Below are positions 1 to 9,862 of a DNA stretch of 64,000 bases, one piece after another. Both the position numbers and the translations under genes were made by a program. Source of the stretch: a virus (lineage: Duplodnaviria; Caudoviricetes). Every line of letters begins with the position of its first letter. Position 1 is the first letter of the stretch. The notes beneath the pieces are model-generated. The model was not told the DNA's origin. It saw nothing but the letters and a program-made list of their open reading frames with translations, and searched no databases. The DNA is taken from the IMG/VR virus record IMGVR_UViG_3300014204_000120, positions 1-64,000 of that record; one strand, written 5' to 3'.

Positions 1-13
1 AGGAGTTTATAAC

Positions 14-1891
14 ATGGCATTTTCTTTTGAAAAACTTTTACTTTTTAATCCATTTGCAAGATTCTTTCAACAAGCTAGAACAGAAGAATTTGCTAAGGAA
101 CAAGAAGAATCAAAAAATAGTCAAGGAATATCACAAGAAGAAATAGACTTGCGACATTTTGTAAACTACGACTATTTAGCACAACCAGGTTCTGCAATAA
201 CTTATATAGGAATACAATTTGAACAATACTTTGGTAGTAAAGCGGGTCGAATTCAAAAATATCGTCAAATGTCTAGATATCCTATTATTAACGATGCATT
301 AGATAATATATGTGACGATGCTGTTATAGATAATCCAGACGGTAATATAATAAATTTAGATATACTTCAAGAAATGCCGGAACATATTGAAGTTGAAATT
401 AGAAAAATATGGGATTATTTAATAACTTCAGTTTTTCGTTTTAATGAAAGAGGTTGGGAACTTTTTAGAAAATGGTTGGTTGAATCTGAATTATATGTTG
501 AATTAGTACTTAATAAAGAAGGCGATAATATTATTGGTATTAAAGTACTTCCTGCATATTCAATGATTCCTATATATGAAGAAAATAAAATAAAAGCATA
601 TATGCAAATTGTAGCTCCAGGCGTAGCTGTTGGTCCTCAAGGTGTTCAAGGTGAAAATGCAGTACAAGGATCTACTGGAATGGATCATGCTAATCAAGGT
701 AACGTAGCATATTCACACGTGGAAAATTATTCTCAAGGGGGTTTACCTAGTAGTATAATATTTGATAAAAGTCAAATAGCTTATTCTAATTATGGCGATT
801 ATGGCGATGGAATGTTAGATGTTCGTGGATTTTTAGAAAATGCTATTAGACCATTTAATCAATTAAAAAATATGGAAGATGCTCTAGTAGTTTATAGACT
901 AGTTAGAGCTCCACAAAGAAGAGTGTGGAATATTTATACTGCTAGAATGCCTAAAGGTAAAGCAGACGAATATATTAAACAACTTGCTAATAGATATAAA
1001 AAGAAAATTATATACGATTCTGAAACCGGCGCAATGAACTCCGCTCAGAATGTTCAAGGTTTAACTGAAGACTTTTGGTTCTCAAGAGATATTAACGGAA
1101 ACGGAACTACAGTAGATACTATTGGTGGCGATTCTAATTTTGGTGAAATGGATGATATAAAGTATTTTCAAGAAAATCTTTATAAAACAATGAAACTCCC
1201 AAAATCTAGATACGACGATACTCCTAACTCACAATTTGCTACTGGTAAATCAGGTGAAATTACAAGAGAAGAAATTAAATTCGCTAGATTTGTTGAAAGA
1301 CTACAAAGAAGATTTAAATATATTGTTCTTGAACCTTTCATTACATTACTTAGACTTCGTGGTATTGATGAAAAATATGTTAATCTAGGATTATATAATG
1401 TTTCATTTATTAGATCTAATTTGTTTAAAGAATATAAAGAACTAGAACTACTTGACTCTAGAATTTCAATACTAGGAACTGTTAGCCAATTCATTTATAG
1501 TAAAGAAGAAAACCCAACAGGATTTTTCGCTAAAGAATTCGCACTTAGAAGATTCTTCTTAATGAATGACGATGAATATAATTGGAATAATCAATTACTA
1601 CAAAAAGAAGTTGGAACTAAAGAACAAACTGAAGATGAATTTGGCGCAGGAAACGAACCTGGTGGATTTGGTGGTGAATTAGAAGCTGGTGGTATGGGTG
1701 GAGAAGAAACTCCTCCTGCTGAAGCTGGCGCTGCTCCTGAGACACCTGAAGCAACTCCAGAAGCACCGGAAGCACCTATTGAAACTCCAGAATCATATAA
1801 ACTAGACGTAAATACACTAAATACTAGTATATTGAAAGAATGGAATACTGTTGATGTTAATATTCAAAAAAAATATACAAGGAGAAAGTAA
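14..1891 (+). CDS. Portal protein, T4 gp20-like
   Basis: Motifs EDALVVYRLVRAPQRR, EDFWF, DDIKYF, EITREEIKFARFVERLQRRF are typical of gp20; AGGAG RBS; first gene of the head module. Confidence 0.95.
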   Translation: MAFSFEKLLLFNPFARFFQQARTEEFAKEQEESKNSQGISQEEIDLRHFVNYDYLAQPGSAITYIGIQFEQYFGSKAGRIQKYRQMSRYPIINDALDNICDDAVIDNPDGNIINLDILQEMPEHIEVEIRKIWDYLITSVFRFNERGWELFRKWLVESELYVELVLNKEGDNIIGIKVLPAYSMIPIYEENKIKAYMQIVAPGVAVGPQGVQGENAVQGSTGMDHANQGNVAYSHVENYSQGGLPSSIIFDKSQIAYSNYGDYGDGMLDVRGFLENAIRPFNQLKNMEDALVVYRLVRAPQRRVWNIYTARMPKGKADEYIKQLANRYKKKIIYDSETGAMNSAQNVQGLTEDFWFSRDINGNGTTVDTIGGDSNFGEMDDIKYFQENLYKTMKLPKSRYDDTPNSQFATGKSGEITREEIKFARFVERLQRRFKYIVLEPFITLLRLRGIDEKYVNLGLYNVSFIRSNLFKEYKELELLDSRISILGTVSQFIYSKEENPTGFFAKEFALRRFFLMNDDEYNWNNQLLQKEVGTKEQTEDEFGAGNEPGGFGGELEAGGMGGEETPPAEAGAAPETPEATPEAPEAPIETPESYKLDVNTLNTSILKEWNTVDVNIQKKYTRRK

Positions 1892-1892
1892 C

Positions 1893-2072
1893 ATGAAATC
1901 AATTATCAAAAGAGTATTGAATAACGAATGGTCATCTTTACAAACAGATGTAGAAAAAGAAGTTGCAGATAAGATTAAAACTAAAATTGATACTGCTAAA
2001 GTTAACGTATTAGCTAAACTTAATGGTATTGATCCAGCTAAACAAACTGAAATTTTAAATGTTAGTAAATAA
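1893..2072 (+). CDS. Small prohead core-like protein (gp67/68 position)
   Basis: ATG at 1893 follows AAGGAG (track start 1851 is too far upstream); lies between portal and protease. Confidence 0.55.
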   Translation: MKSIIKRVLNNEWSSLQTDVEKEVADKIKTKIDTAKVNVLAKLNGIDPAKQTEILNVSK

Positions 2073-2094
2073 ATATTTTTCTTAAAGATATTTA

Positions 2095-2102
2095 TATAAA
2101 TA
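2095..2102 (+). promoter_or_regulatory. T4-type late promoter TATAAATA
   Basis: Exact T4 gp55 consensus in the intergenic gap. It recurs at 2841, 6900, 15703, 15725, 19235, 19932, 20657, 36110, 36129, 39194, 42991, 43084, 51540, 55406, 57517 and 58959, mostly just upstream of gene starts. Confidence 0.75.
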
Positions 2103-2139
2103 CCTTATAGAAGTTATATAAGATATTTAGGAGGAATAG

Positions 2140-2811
2140 ATGAAACTTATACGAGAGTTTGTTGATATGGATTTAATTGAAATATTAAAGGAGGATGGTA
2201 TTGATACTAATGGTAATAAAGTTAAAGTTCTTAAATTAAAAGGTCCTTTTTTAGTAGCTGATGTTAGAAATAAAAATAATAGAATTTATCCGTTACCTGT
2301 TATAGTACGTGAAGTTAAAAGATTTAATGAGGAAAGAATAGCTAAAAATCGTGCTGTTGGAACATGTGATCATGAAGATTCGCCTCAAATTAACTTAGAA
2401 AGAATATCACATATTATTGAATCTTTAGTAATGGAAAAAAATGTTGGAATGGGAGTTGCTAGAGTTATTGATACTCCGACCGGTAGAATATTAAAAACAT
2501 TAGTAAACGAAGGTATTATACTCGGGATGTCTAGCAGGGGGATCGGTACACTTCAGGAAGATGGTACTGTTAATGATGATTTTTCAATGTTAAGTGTTGA
2601 TGCAGTACTTGATAACTCAGCTCCCGGATGTTTCGTTGAAGGAATACTTGAAAATAAGGAATATATTATGAATGGGGATCAAATTGTTGAGGTAGCAGTA
2701 CAAAATTTACAGAAAAAAGTTGATAAGAAATATGATGTTAAGTCTATGTCATCAGAGGTTTTAAGTTATATGTTAGATTTTTTAGGTGAAATAAAGGGAC
2801 TAAAAAGTTAA
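2140..2811 (+). CDS. Prohead protease, T4 gp21-like
   Basis: NKNNRIYP, GTCDH, SHII, TPTGRI, GMSSRGIG motifs. Confidence 0.93.
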   Translation: MKLIREFVDMDLIEILKEDGIDTNGNKVKVLKLKGPFLVADVRNKNNRIYPLPVIVREVKRFNEERIAKNRAVGTCDHEDSPQINLERISHIIESLVMEKNVGMGVARVIDTPTGRILKTLVNEGIILGMSSRGIGTLQEDGTVNDDFSMLSVDAVLDNSAPGCFVEGILENKEYIMNGDQIVEVAVQNLQKKVDKKYDVKSMSSEVLSYMLDFLGEIKGLKS

Positions 2812-2873
2812 AAAAGTTCCTATATTTTAAGTTGAAGTTATATAAATAATTACACGTTAGGAGGATTAACGAT

Positions 2874-3668
2874 ATGAGTGAGAAAATTACAGACAAGATT
2901 AAAAAGTTGTTATCTGCTGAAGATTTAAAGGTTTTTGAGGAAGCAGTTAGCAAAAAGATTGAACAGGCAGTTGCTCTTAAGGAGCAGGAATTGAAGGATA
3001 AGTACGATAAGTTAGCTGAAGAATATGTTTCAAAGAAATTAGCTGAAGAAACTGAAAAGTATAAGGCTACTTTAATTGAAGAGTATGATGGTAAGCTAAA
3101 GAATATCGAGAAGAAAGTTGTTACAAAGTTAGGAGCATTTTTGGATAATGTTATTAATGAGCAGATATCTAACGAAGCTATTGAAAAGTTAGCTATTAAT
3201 GAAATTGCATTACCAGTTCTTGAAGGTATTAAGAAAGTATTTGCAACAAACTATGTAGAACTTGATACCGATGGTTCTGCACTGCTTAAGTTAGAACAGA
3301 AGAAAAATGCTGACTTGGAAAAGAAAATCGGTGATATAACAAGTAAGTTAATGGAATCTGAAGAACGTGCTCAGACAGCTGCTACTTATTTGATTATTTC
3401 TGAAAAAACTGAAGGTCTTACAAAATCACAGAAAGCTCGCGTTGTGAATATGTTTAAGACTAAGAAGTTTGATGATGTTCAAGGTAATATTGATTCTGTT
3501 GTAGATATTATCAAAGAATCAAAAGATATCCCAGTAAAAGTTGATACTAAAGGTACTATTGACGAAGTTATTACTGAAGATAAACTGCCTGAGGAAAAAC
3601 CGGTTATTAAGGAAGAAAAAGAAGAATTCACGTTTGCATCAAAAGCAAATAGATTTTTAGAGGAATAA
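2874..3668 (+). CDS. Prohead core scaffold, T4 gp22-like
   Basis: Glu/Lys-rich coiled coil with many (I/L)xE sites; sits between protease and major capsid gene. Confidence 0.8.
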   Translation: MSEKITDKIKKLLSAEDLKVFEEAVSKKIEQAVALKEQELKDKYDKLAEEYVSKKLAEETEKYKATLIEEYDGKLKNIEKKVVTKLGAFLDNVINEQISNEAIEKLAINEIALPVLEGIKKVFATNYVELDTDGSALLKLEQKKNADLEKKIGDITSKLMESEERAQTAATYLIISEKTEGLTKSQKARVVNMFKTKKFDDVQGNIDSVVDIIKESKDIPVKVDTKGTIDEVITEDKLPEEKPVIKEEKEEFTFASKANRFLEE

Positions 3669-3696
3669 AAGACTACATCTATAGGAGGATATTAAT

Positions 3697-5058
3697 ATGA
3701 GTCTTGCATTAGTTAAGAAATGGGAAGCCGCAGAAGGCAAAATGTCCATTAAAGAAATTAAGGACAAATACGTTAAGGAAAATCTTGCTACTCTTTTAGA
3801 GAACCAGGAAAGAAAAGACTTTAACGGTGGAGAAATTTTAGAAGAAAGCTCACAGGGTGCGATGAACTACGGTACGATGGGTGGTTATACTGACGGTGCC
3901 GCAGCTTCTGACTCCTGGATCTTCCGTCCTATTGCTCTCGCACTTGTTAGACGTACTTTCCCTGACTTGTTTGCTAATAAAGTAGTAGGCGTACAAGCTA
4001 TGAGCACACCAGTTGGTCTTGCTTATGCTATGAGAGTTCTTTACAACGATGGTAATGGTAACGAAGTTGCTTGGGATAAGGTGCCTGAATATGCTGGTTA
4101 TTCTGGCTCAACAGTTGGTGTTTCCGCTCTTTTAAATGGAACGCATTATAATACATCAGCCGCAGACGGTTATGTTGATACATCCGCTACTGGTGCTGCT
4201 ACTTCGGCTGCTGAAGGTTGGACGATTGATAATACTTGTGTTGCTGAAGAATCCGCAGTTGATGGTTGTGGTGATTGGCCTCAGCTAAGAATGAGAATCG
4301 ATCAGCTTGCTATTACTGCTAAGTCCAGAAAGTTAGCAGCTAGCTTCAGTTTGGAAGCTGCTCAGGACGTAAAAGCTATGCACGGTATTGATATTGAAAG
4401 AGAAATGGTAAACTTCCTTCAGTACGAAATTACTGCTGAAATGGATAGAGAACTTATTGCTAAGATGAAGACTGCCGCAACGACAACCGCTAATGGCGGA
4501 GAGTCAATTACTGCTGTCGATCTTACTGGTTCTGGAACAGGTGTTGATGGTAGATGGTCTGGTGAAAAATATATGAACATCATCGCCGCTATTATCTATC
4601 AAGCTAACAAGATTGCCGTTACAACTCGTAGAGGTCCTGGTAACTTCGTTATCGTATCTCCTGCGATTGCTACTGCTCTTCAGGCTGCTGGACACCAGTT
4701 CGTAGCGTTTGCTTCAAATAACAAGATTAACGCTACTCAGGTTATGTCTTCAATCGGTAAGCTAAATGGTCAGCTTGATGTTTACAGAGACCAGTATGCG
4801 CGTACTGAATATGCAATGGTTGGATATAAGGGTAATGGTATTAGCGACTGTGGTATAATCTTCAGTCCTTATATCATGGGATTAACAAATAGGGCAATCG
4901 AGCCAAGTGACTTTACACCGCGTATTGGTGTAATGAGCCGCTATGCAGTTACTGATACTCTATTAGGTAGTGGAAGATATTATAGATTGGTTCCGTTCTA
5001 TAATGTCAACAAGCTTATTCCGGGTGCAACTACTTCTAATCTACCTTCTGGTTTCTAA
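3697..5058 (+). CDS. Major capsid protein, T4 gp23-like
   Basis: LLENQE, LVRR..P.L.A..VVGVQAM..PVG, AKSRKL, AQDVKAMHGID, FSPYI, P..FTPRIGVMSRYA. Confidence 0.97.
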   Translation: MSLALVKKWEAAEGKMSIKEIKDKYVKENLATLLENQERKDFNGGEILEESSQGAMNYGTMGGYTDGAAASDSWIFRPIALALVRRTFPDLFANKVVGVQAMSTPVGLAYAMRVLYNDGNGNEVAWDKVPEYAGYSGSTVGVSALLNGTHYNTSAADGYVDTSATGAATSAAEGWTIDNTCVAEESAVDGCGDWPQLRMRIDQLAITAKSRKLAASFSLEAAQDVKAMHGIDIEREMVNFLQYEITAEMDRELIAKMKTAATTTANGGESITAVDLTGSGTGVDGRWSGEKYMNIIAAIIYQANKIAVTTRRGPGNFVIVSPAIATALQAAGHQFVAFASNNKINATQVMSSIGKLNGQLDVYRDQYARTEYAMVGYKGNGISDCGIIFSPYIMGLTNRAIEPSDFTPRIGVMSRYAVTDTLLGSGRYYRLVPFYNVNKLIPGATTSNLPSGF

Positions 5059-5089
5059 TAGAAGTTAAATTTAGTAGTTAGATTTAAAA

Positions 5090-5123
5090 GGGTCAAGAGG
5101 ATTAATTTCCTCTTGACTTTTTT
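5090..5123 (+). terminator. Rho-independent terminator after the capsid gene
   Basis: GGGTCAAGAGG / CCTCTTGACTT stem followed by a T-tract. Confidence 0.85.
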
Positions 5124-5142
5124 ATTTGGAATATGTTAGATT
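5113..5142 (+). promoter_or_regulatory. Putative sigma70-type promoter overlapping the terminator
   Basis: TTGACT-18 nt-(TG)nTAGATT upstream of the endonuclease RBS AAAGGA. Confidence 0.45.
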
Positions 5143-5162
5143 ATTAATAGAAAGGAATTATT

Positions 5163-6836
5163 ATGATTTGTTCAATATGTGGATATACAAATGATTCTAA
5201 TAGATCATTTGCTAAACATATCAAAAAGCATAATATATCTATTAAAGAGTATTATGATAAGTTTTTGAAAACAGAAACTGATGGTATATGTATTTGTGGT
5301 AAAAAAACTAATTTTAAGAATATAGTTAAAGGATATTTTAGATATTGTTCATTAAAGTGTTCAGCTAATAGTGAAAAAACTATAAAGATTAGAAAAGAAA
5401 CTACAAAGAATAGATATGGTGATGAAAATTATAGAAATGTAGAAGCTAGTAAAAATGTATGGAATTCTAAGAGCGCTGAAGAAGTTAATGATATAGTTGA
5501 TAAACGTCGCCAAACTAAAGCTATTTTATATGGTAATGAAAAGTTTAATAATAGAGAAAAATCTATTGAAACTTGTAAAAATCGTTATGGTGTTAATCAT
5601 TTTACAAATAGAGATTTAGCTAAAAAAACATGTTTAGAAAAATATGGTGTAGATAATCCTTTTGCGGCAGAACAAGTTAAAAATGATATAAAACAGCATT
5701 GGGAATCGTTGGGTGTAACTCATCCAATGCATTTAAAATCAATTAAAAACAAAGTAACAAAAAACAGATTATTACATTATAAAAATAATTTAATTAATTT
5801 TATAGGTGATCAATTTGAAGTTTTAGATTATTTGGGTGAAAATGATATACATTTGAAGTGTAAAGAATGTAATAAGGATTTTTGGATACAGAAGCAGTTA
5901 ATATTATTTAGGTTAGAAAATAAAATAACACCGTGTTTACATTGTGTTAAATACGGAAGTATATCAAACAATGAAAATAATTTATTAAGTTATATTAAAA
6001 CAATTTATAGTGGTGAAATAATTGAAAATAGTAGAAAGATTATAGAGCCATATGAATTAGATATTTATTTACCAGAACTGAAGTTAGCATTTGAGTACGA
6101 TGGGTTATATTGGCATAATGAGAATTTTGTTAATAATAGTTATCATTTAAATAAAACTGAGTTGTGTGAAAAATTAGGTATACAATTAATACATATTTAT
6201 GAAGATGATTGGATTTATAATAATAGTATAGTTAAGTCTAGAATTTTAAATTTATTGAATAAGGTTACTAGAAAGATATATGCTAGAGAATGTGTTGTAA
6301 AGGAAGTTAGTTCCATTGAATCAAATAATTTTTTAAAAGACAATCATTTACAAGGTATATGTAATGCTAAAATACGATTAGGATTGTGGTATGATGAAGA
6401 ATTGGTTTCATTGATGACTTTTAGTGGATATAGAAAGAATTTGGGTAAAGTTAAAGAAACTAATTGTTATGAGTTATTAAGATTTTGTAGTAAATTAGAA
6501 ACAGTTGTTGTTGGAGGATCGAATAAATTATTTAAACATTTTATTAACACATATAGTCCTGATAAAGTTATAAGTTATGCCGATCGTAGTTGGTCTTCAT
6601 TATTAAAAAGTAATGTATATTTAAAAATGGGATTTAATTTTATTAGAAATACAGATATTAATTATTACTATATATTAAGAGATAGACGAGTTAATAGATT
6701 CAAATATAGAAAAAGTGAGTTGATTAAAGAAGGATTTGATAGTAAAAAGTCTGAAAAAACAATAATGTTAGAAAGAAAGATATATAGAATATATAATAGC
6801 GGTAATTTACTATTTGAATGGACTAAAACAGACTAA
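5163..6836 (+). CDS. Free-standing homing-endonuclease-like protein (Zn ribbons, KYGV-type repeats, PD-(D/E)XK domain)
   Basis: CxxC motifs, TCLEKYGVDNPF repeats, ELDIYLPELKLAFEYDGLYWH, C-terminal ISYADRSWS domain. Confidence 0.75.
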   Translation: MICSICGYTNDSNRSFAKHIKKHNISIKEYYDKFLKTETDGICICGKKTNFKNIVKGYFRYCSLKCSANSEKTIKIRKETTKNRYGDENYRNVEASKNVWNSKSAEEVNDIVDKRRQTKAILYGNEKFNNREKSIETCKNRYGVNHFTNRDLAKKTCLEKYGVDNPFAAEQVKNDIKQHWESLGVTHPMHLKSIKNKVTKNRLLHYKNNLINFIGDQFEVLDYLGENDIHLKCKECNKDFWIQKQLILFRLENKITPCLHCVKYGSISNNENNLLSYIKTIYSGEIIENSRKIIEPYELDIYLPELKLAFEYDGLYWHNENFVNNSYHLNKTELCEKLGIQLIHIYEDDWIYNNSIVKSRILNLLNKVTRKIYARECVVKEVSSIESNNFLKDNHLQGICNAKIRLGLWYDEELVSLMTFSGYRKNLGKVKETNCYELLRFCSKLETVVVGGSNKLFKHFINTYSPDKVISYADRSWSSLLKSNVYLKMGFNFIRNTDINYYYILRDRRVNRFKYRKSELIKEGFDSKKSEKTIMLERKIYRIYNSGNLLFEWTKTD

Positions 6837-6863
6837 AATTATAGTTTCATTATTATATTAAAA

Positions 6864-6894
6864 GGGTGCTTATAATGTTTAAGCATCCTTTTTT
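6864..6894 (+). terminator. Rho-independent terminator
   Basis: GGGTGCTT / AAGCATCC stem plus T-tract, directly followed by late promoter 6900-6907. Confidence 0.75.
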
Positions 6895-6942
6895 GTTTGT
6901 ATAAATATAGGTGTTAATAATACATTTAACGGAGGTATTGAT

Positions 6943-7350
6943 ATGAAAGTTATAAATGTTGCAGGATTTGATGTTAAAATTGAAAAGAATGGTAATGTTT
7001 ATATGGTATTAAATGACGGAAAGTTACATTATTTACCAGATGAGTGTTTGTATGACGATAATTTTCAAGGGTTGTTAAGGGTAGTAATTCCACCCGTAAA
7101 TGCACAAAAAGTTATAAATAGTAATGAGATAGTATCAAATAAAACTATTGATTTCGCGGAGCCTGTAGTTAAGGAAATAAGAGAAATTGAATTGCAATCA
7201 TTAGAGGAAAATGAAAAAAAGGTTTTAAAAGGTGTGAAATTAAAGAAAGAAACTAGAATAAAATTACATAGAACTAAAAATACATCATCTAAAAAAGAAG
7301 TAATTAAAGAAACTCTAGTAGAGGAATTAAATAATGGCAATAGTAACTAA
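6943..7350 (+). CDS. Hypothetical protein
   Basis: GGAGG RBS and late promoter upstream. Confidence 0.7.
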   Translation: MKVINVAGFDVKIEKNGNVYMVLNDGKLHYLPDECLYDDNFQGLLRVVIPPVNAQKVINSNEIVSNKTIDFAEPVVKEIREIELQSLEENEKKVLKGVKLKKETRIKLHRTKNTSSKKEVIKETLVEELNNGNSN

Positions 7351-8125
7351 TATAACTTCATTAACAGATATGAAGAATTATGTACTAAGAAAGTTAGGAT
7401 ATCCTGTTAATAATATTGAAATTTCAGACGAACAACTTGAAGACGCTATACACGACTCAGTACAAGATATTCAAAGATACTTATATGATGAAGGTTCTTA
7501 CCTAGATTATTTCTTATTTCAAACAACATCAGGCGTTAGTGAATATCCTTTATCTGCTGGTATATACGATTATACTACAAGTGCTAGATTAGAAAACGTG
7601 CAACAAGTCTGGGATTTCTCTGTAGCTTTTGGTATGGATGGTATTAATACAATGTTTAGTCCAACACATATACTACTTTATAATCAATATGTGGAACAAG
7701 GTAGTTATCCTGGTGGTCCTGCATATGGATCCCCAAACTCACTAGTATTAACTGATTATCAGTCTTCAATGATGTATTTAGATATGGTTGAAGAAATGTT
7801 TGGTAAAGGTTATACTATAAACTATATACCAGCAACAGATACATTAAGAGTAACTCCTACACCAAATATGGCGCTAGTAGGAGTACTGATATTTTATAGA
7901 AAAGCATATGCAACACAACTTTATAATAATCCATTACTAAAAAAATTAGCTGTTGCTAGGGCTGGTATACGGTGGTCCAGAAATCTTTCAAAATATGAAG
8001 GAGCTTTACCAGACGGATTGACTGTTAATGGGAGAGCTATGTTAGAAGATTATAAAGAAGAAGAAAAAGAAGTTTTGCAAAGAATGGAAGAAGAAAGCGA
8101 GCCTCCATCATTCATAGTAGCCTAA
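7334..8125 (+). CDS. Neck protein, T4 gp13-like
   Basis: YVLRKLGYPV.NIEI...Q...AI and W..NLSKY.G.LP.G.TVNG motifs. Confidence 0.88.
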   Translation: MAIVTNITSLTDMKNYVLRKLGYPVNNIEISDEQLEDAIHDSVQDIQRYLYDEGSYLDYFLFQTTSGVSEYPLSAGIYDYTTSARLENVQQVWDFSVAFGMDGINTMFSPTHILLYNQYVEQGSYPGGPAYGSPNSLVLTDYQSSMMYLDMVEEMFGKGYTINYIPATDTLRVTPTPNMALVGVLIFYRKAYATQLYNNPLLKKLAVARAGIRWSRNLSKYEGALPDGLTVNGRAMLEDYKEEEKEVLQRMEEESEPPSFIVA

Positions 8126-8141
8126 TAAAGGAGAAAATAAT

Positions 8142-8711
8142 ATGACTGTATCGAAGTATTTAAGTGAGAGTTTATATATAGAGGAAGATTTATTTATAGA
8201 GTCTTTTTTATCTAATTTAGTTGATAAGTTCAAGCCGATTATTCCTAAGACTGCGGATTTGGCGATGAAGTGGTTTAGGGAGTTTTTAGTTAGTTCGTCA
8301 TTAAAGGATATCCAGGAGATTAAGGTTCAGTTAGATAGTTTAAAGAATAAGAAGGTTGATGAGTCTATATTTAGTAAGGGGAAGGTAGGAACGTTTTTGT
8401 TTATATTATTAACTTTGTTTCCAAATGCGGTTAAGGCCAGTGAGTTTATTAGTCAGGTTGAAAATATGAAGCAAGAGGTAGTTGATGATAAGAAGGTAAA
8501 TGATTTAATGAATAAGTATGGAGAATTAGTTAATATAGAGGATATGAAGACGGCTATTCAGCAATTTGGAACAGAACAGCAAACTAGAACATTGGATGAT
8601 AAAGGAACACTTAAACAAATTCAAAATAAATTTAAGAGTTTGCCAGGGTCGACTACACAAGATAGAAAAAATAGAAGTAGTGAAATGGAAAAAATGATTG
8701 GAGGAATTTAA
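8142..8711 (+). CDS. Hypothetical protein with capsid-targeting-like N-terminus and one hydrophobic segment
   Basis: MTVSKYLSE start; TFLFILLTLF segment. Confidence 0.6.
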   Translation: MTVSKYLSESLYIEEDLFIESFLSNLVDKFKPIIPKTADLAMKWFREFLVSSSLKDIQEIKVQLDSLKNKKVDESIFSKGKVGTFLFILLTLFPNAVKASEFISQVENMKQEVVDDKKVNDLMNKYGELVNIEDMKTAIQQFGTEQQTRTLDDKGTLKQIQNKFKSLPGSTTQDRKNRSSEMEKMIGGI

Positions 8712-9118
8712 TGTCATTTAAAGAATATTTAAAAGAAGTTAATGATGTAAAAATTAGCGGAGTAACTATTAATTGGTTAAAAAATTGGCAGTGGAATAAG
8801 CATGTAGAGTTTCCATCAGATGATATAATTGAAGAATTGAAGGTATATGCACCTAAGAAGAATATACTGGAATTATATAGATATATAGATTTTGATGATA
8901 TTGCAAACGAAAAATCAAAAAAATTAAGATCATATACTAAAAATAAGGATATGGTTTTAAATTTTATTGAATTTGAAGATCCTATGCGCGGATATATAGA
9001 AGTATGGTATGGCGTTCCAGCTGATAAGATATTAATTGATTTATCTTTATTACCAAGTAAGTATTTAAAGATGATAGATCATGCTGAAATGAATGAAGTT
9101 ATTGTAATTGGATATTAA
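8711..9118 (+). CDS. Putative internal protein, possibly ADP-ribosyltransferase-like
   Basis: MSFKEYLKE start; LYR...SYT...NEVIV resembles the R-S-E ART pattern (weak). Confidence 0.45.
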   Translation: MSFKEYLKEVNDVKISGVTINWLKNWQWNKHVEFPSDDIIEELKVYAPKKNILELYRYIDFDDIANEKSKKLRSYTKNKDMVLNFIEFEDPMRGYIEVWYGVPADKILIDLSLLPSKYLKMIDHAEMNEVIVIGY

Positions 9119-9146
9119 AATAAGATTTAATAAAAGGAGCTAAATA

Positions 9147-9482
9147 ATGTCATATAAAGAATATTTAAAGGAAAGGTTTGATAAGTTTCAGCCAAGTCAA
9201 AACAGTGCAGAAGATTATATAGATTATTTAGAAGGCACGTTAATACCGGATTTACGTGAGTCTGGTAATGATGCAACGGCTGATGATTTTGAAAAAGTTA
9301 TAGAAATGTTAAAATACGATGAAAGAGATAAAAGGTTTGTATATAAAGGAAGATTTATTTACGCAGAATTTGTAGATTATTTAAAAGATACGTTAATACC
9401 GGATTTACGTGATTCTGGTATGGAGGCAACTGCTGAAGATTTTGAAGAAGGATTATATTGGTTAGAACAAGGAGATAAATAA
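9147..9482 (+). CDS. Putative internal protein with internal duplication
   Basis: MSYKEYLKE start; DYL..TLIPDLR.SG..ATA.DFE occurs twice. Confidence 0.65.
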   Translation: MSYKEYLKERFDKFQPSQNSAEDYIDYLEGTLIPDLRESGNDATADDFEKVIEMLKYDERDKRFVYKGRFIYAEFVDYLKDTLIPDLRDSGMEATAEDFEEGLYWLEQGDK

Positions 9483-9862
9483 TGTCATTTATACAGTTTT
9501 TAAGAGAACAAGAAGAAGACCAAGAAGATAAAGTAATGGGTGGAATCATTGAGTTTTTTTCAACCCATGAAAAGCCATCAGACAAAGACGTACACGCACT
9601 GGCGGAACAACTTGGTATAGACGAACACAAATTTGAAGAAAAAATATACGAACTGATTAGTAGCTTTCTAAATGCAGGTAAATTTAAAGAAAATCCAGTC
9701 GATCCTGATCCTAAAGAACTTGAAATGGGAATTAAAGTAGAAATGGAACATACGAAATCTCCTGCCTTAAGTAAACGCATAAGTCTTGATCACCTTGCAG
9801 AAATTAAAGACTATTATACAAGACTTGCTAAAATGGAAAAAGAAGCAGGAATTAAGGAATAA
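9482..9862 (+). CDS. Putative internal protein, DUF5661-like
   Basis: MSFIQFLRE start; ELEMGIKVEMEHT...ISLDHLAEIKDYYTRL motif. Confidence 0.65.
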   Translation: MSFIQFLREQEEDQEDKVMGGIIEFFSTHEKPSDKDVHALAEQLGIDEHKFEEKIYELISSFLNAGKFKENPVDPDPKELEMGIKVEMEHTKSPALSKRISLDHLAEIKDYYTRLAKMEKEAGIKE

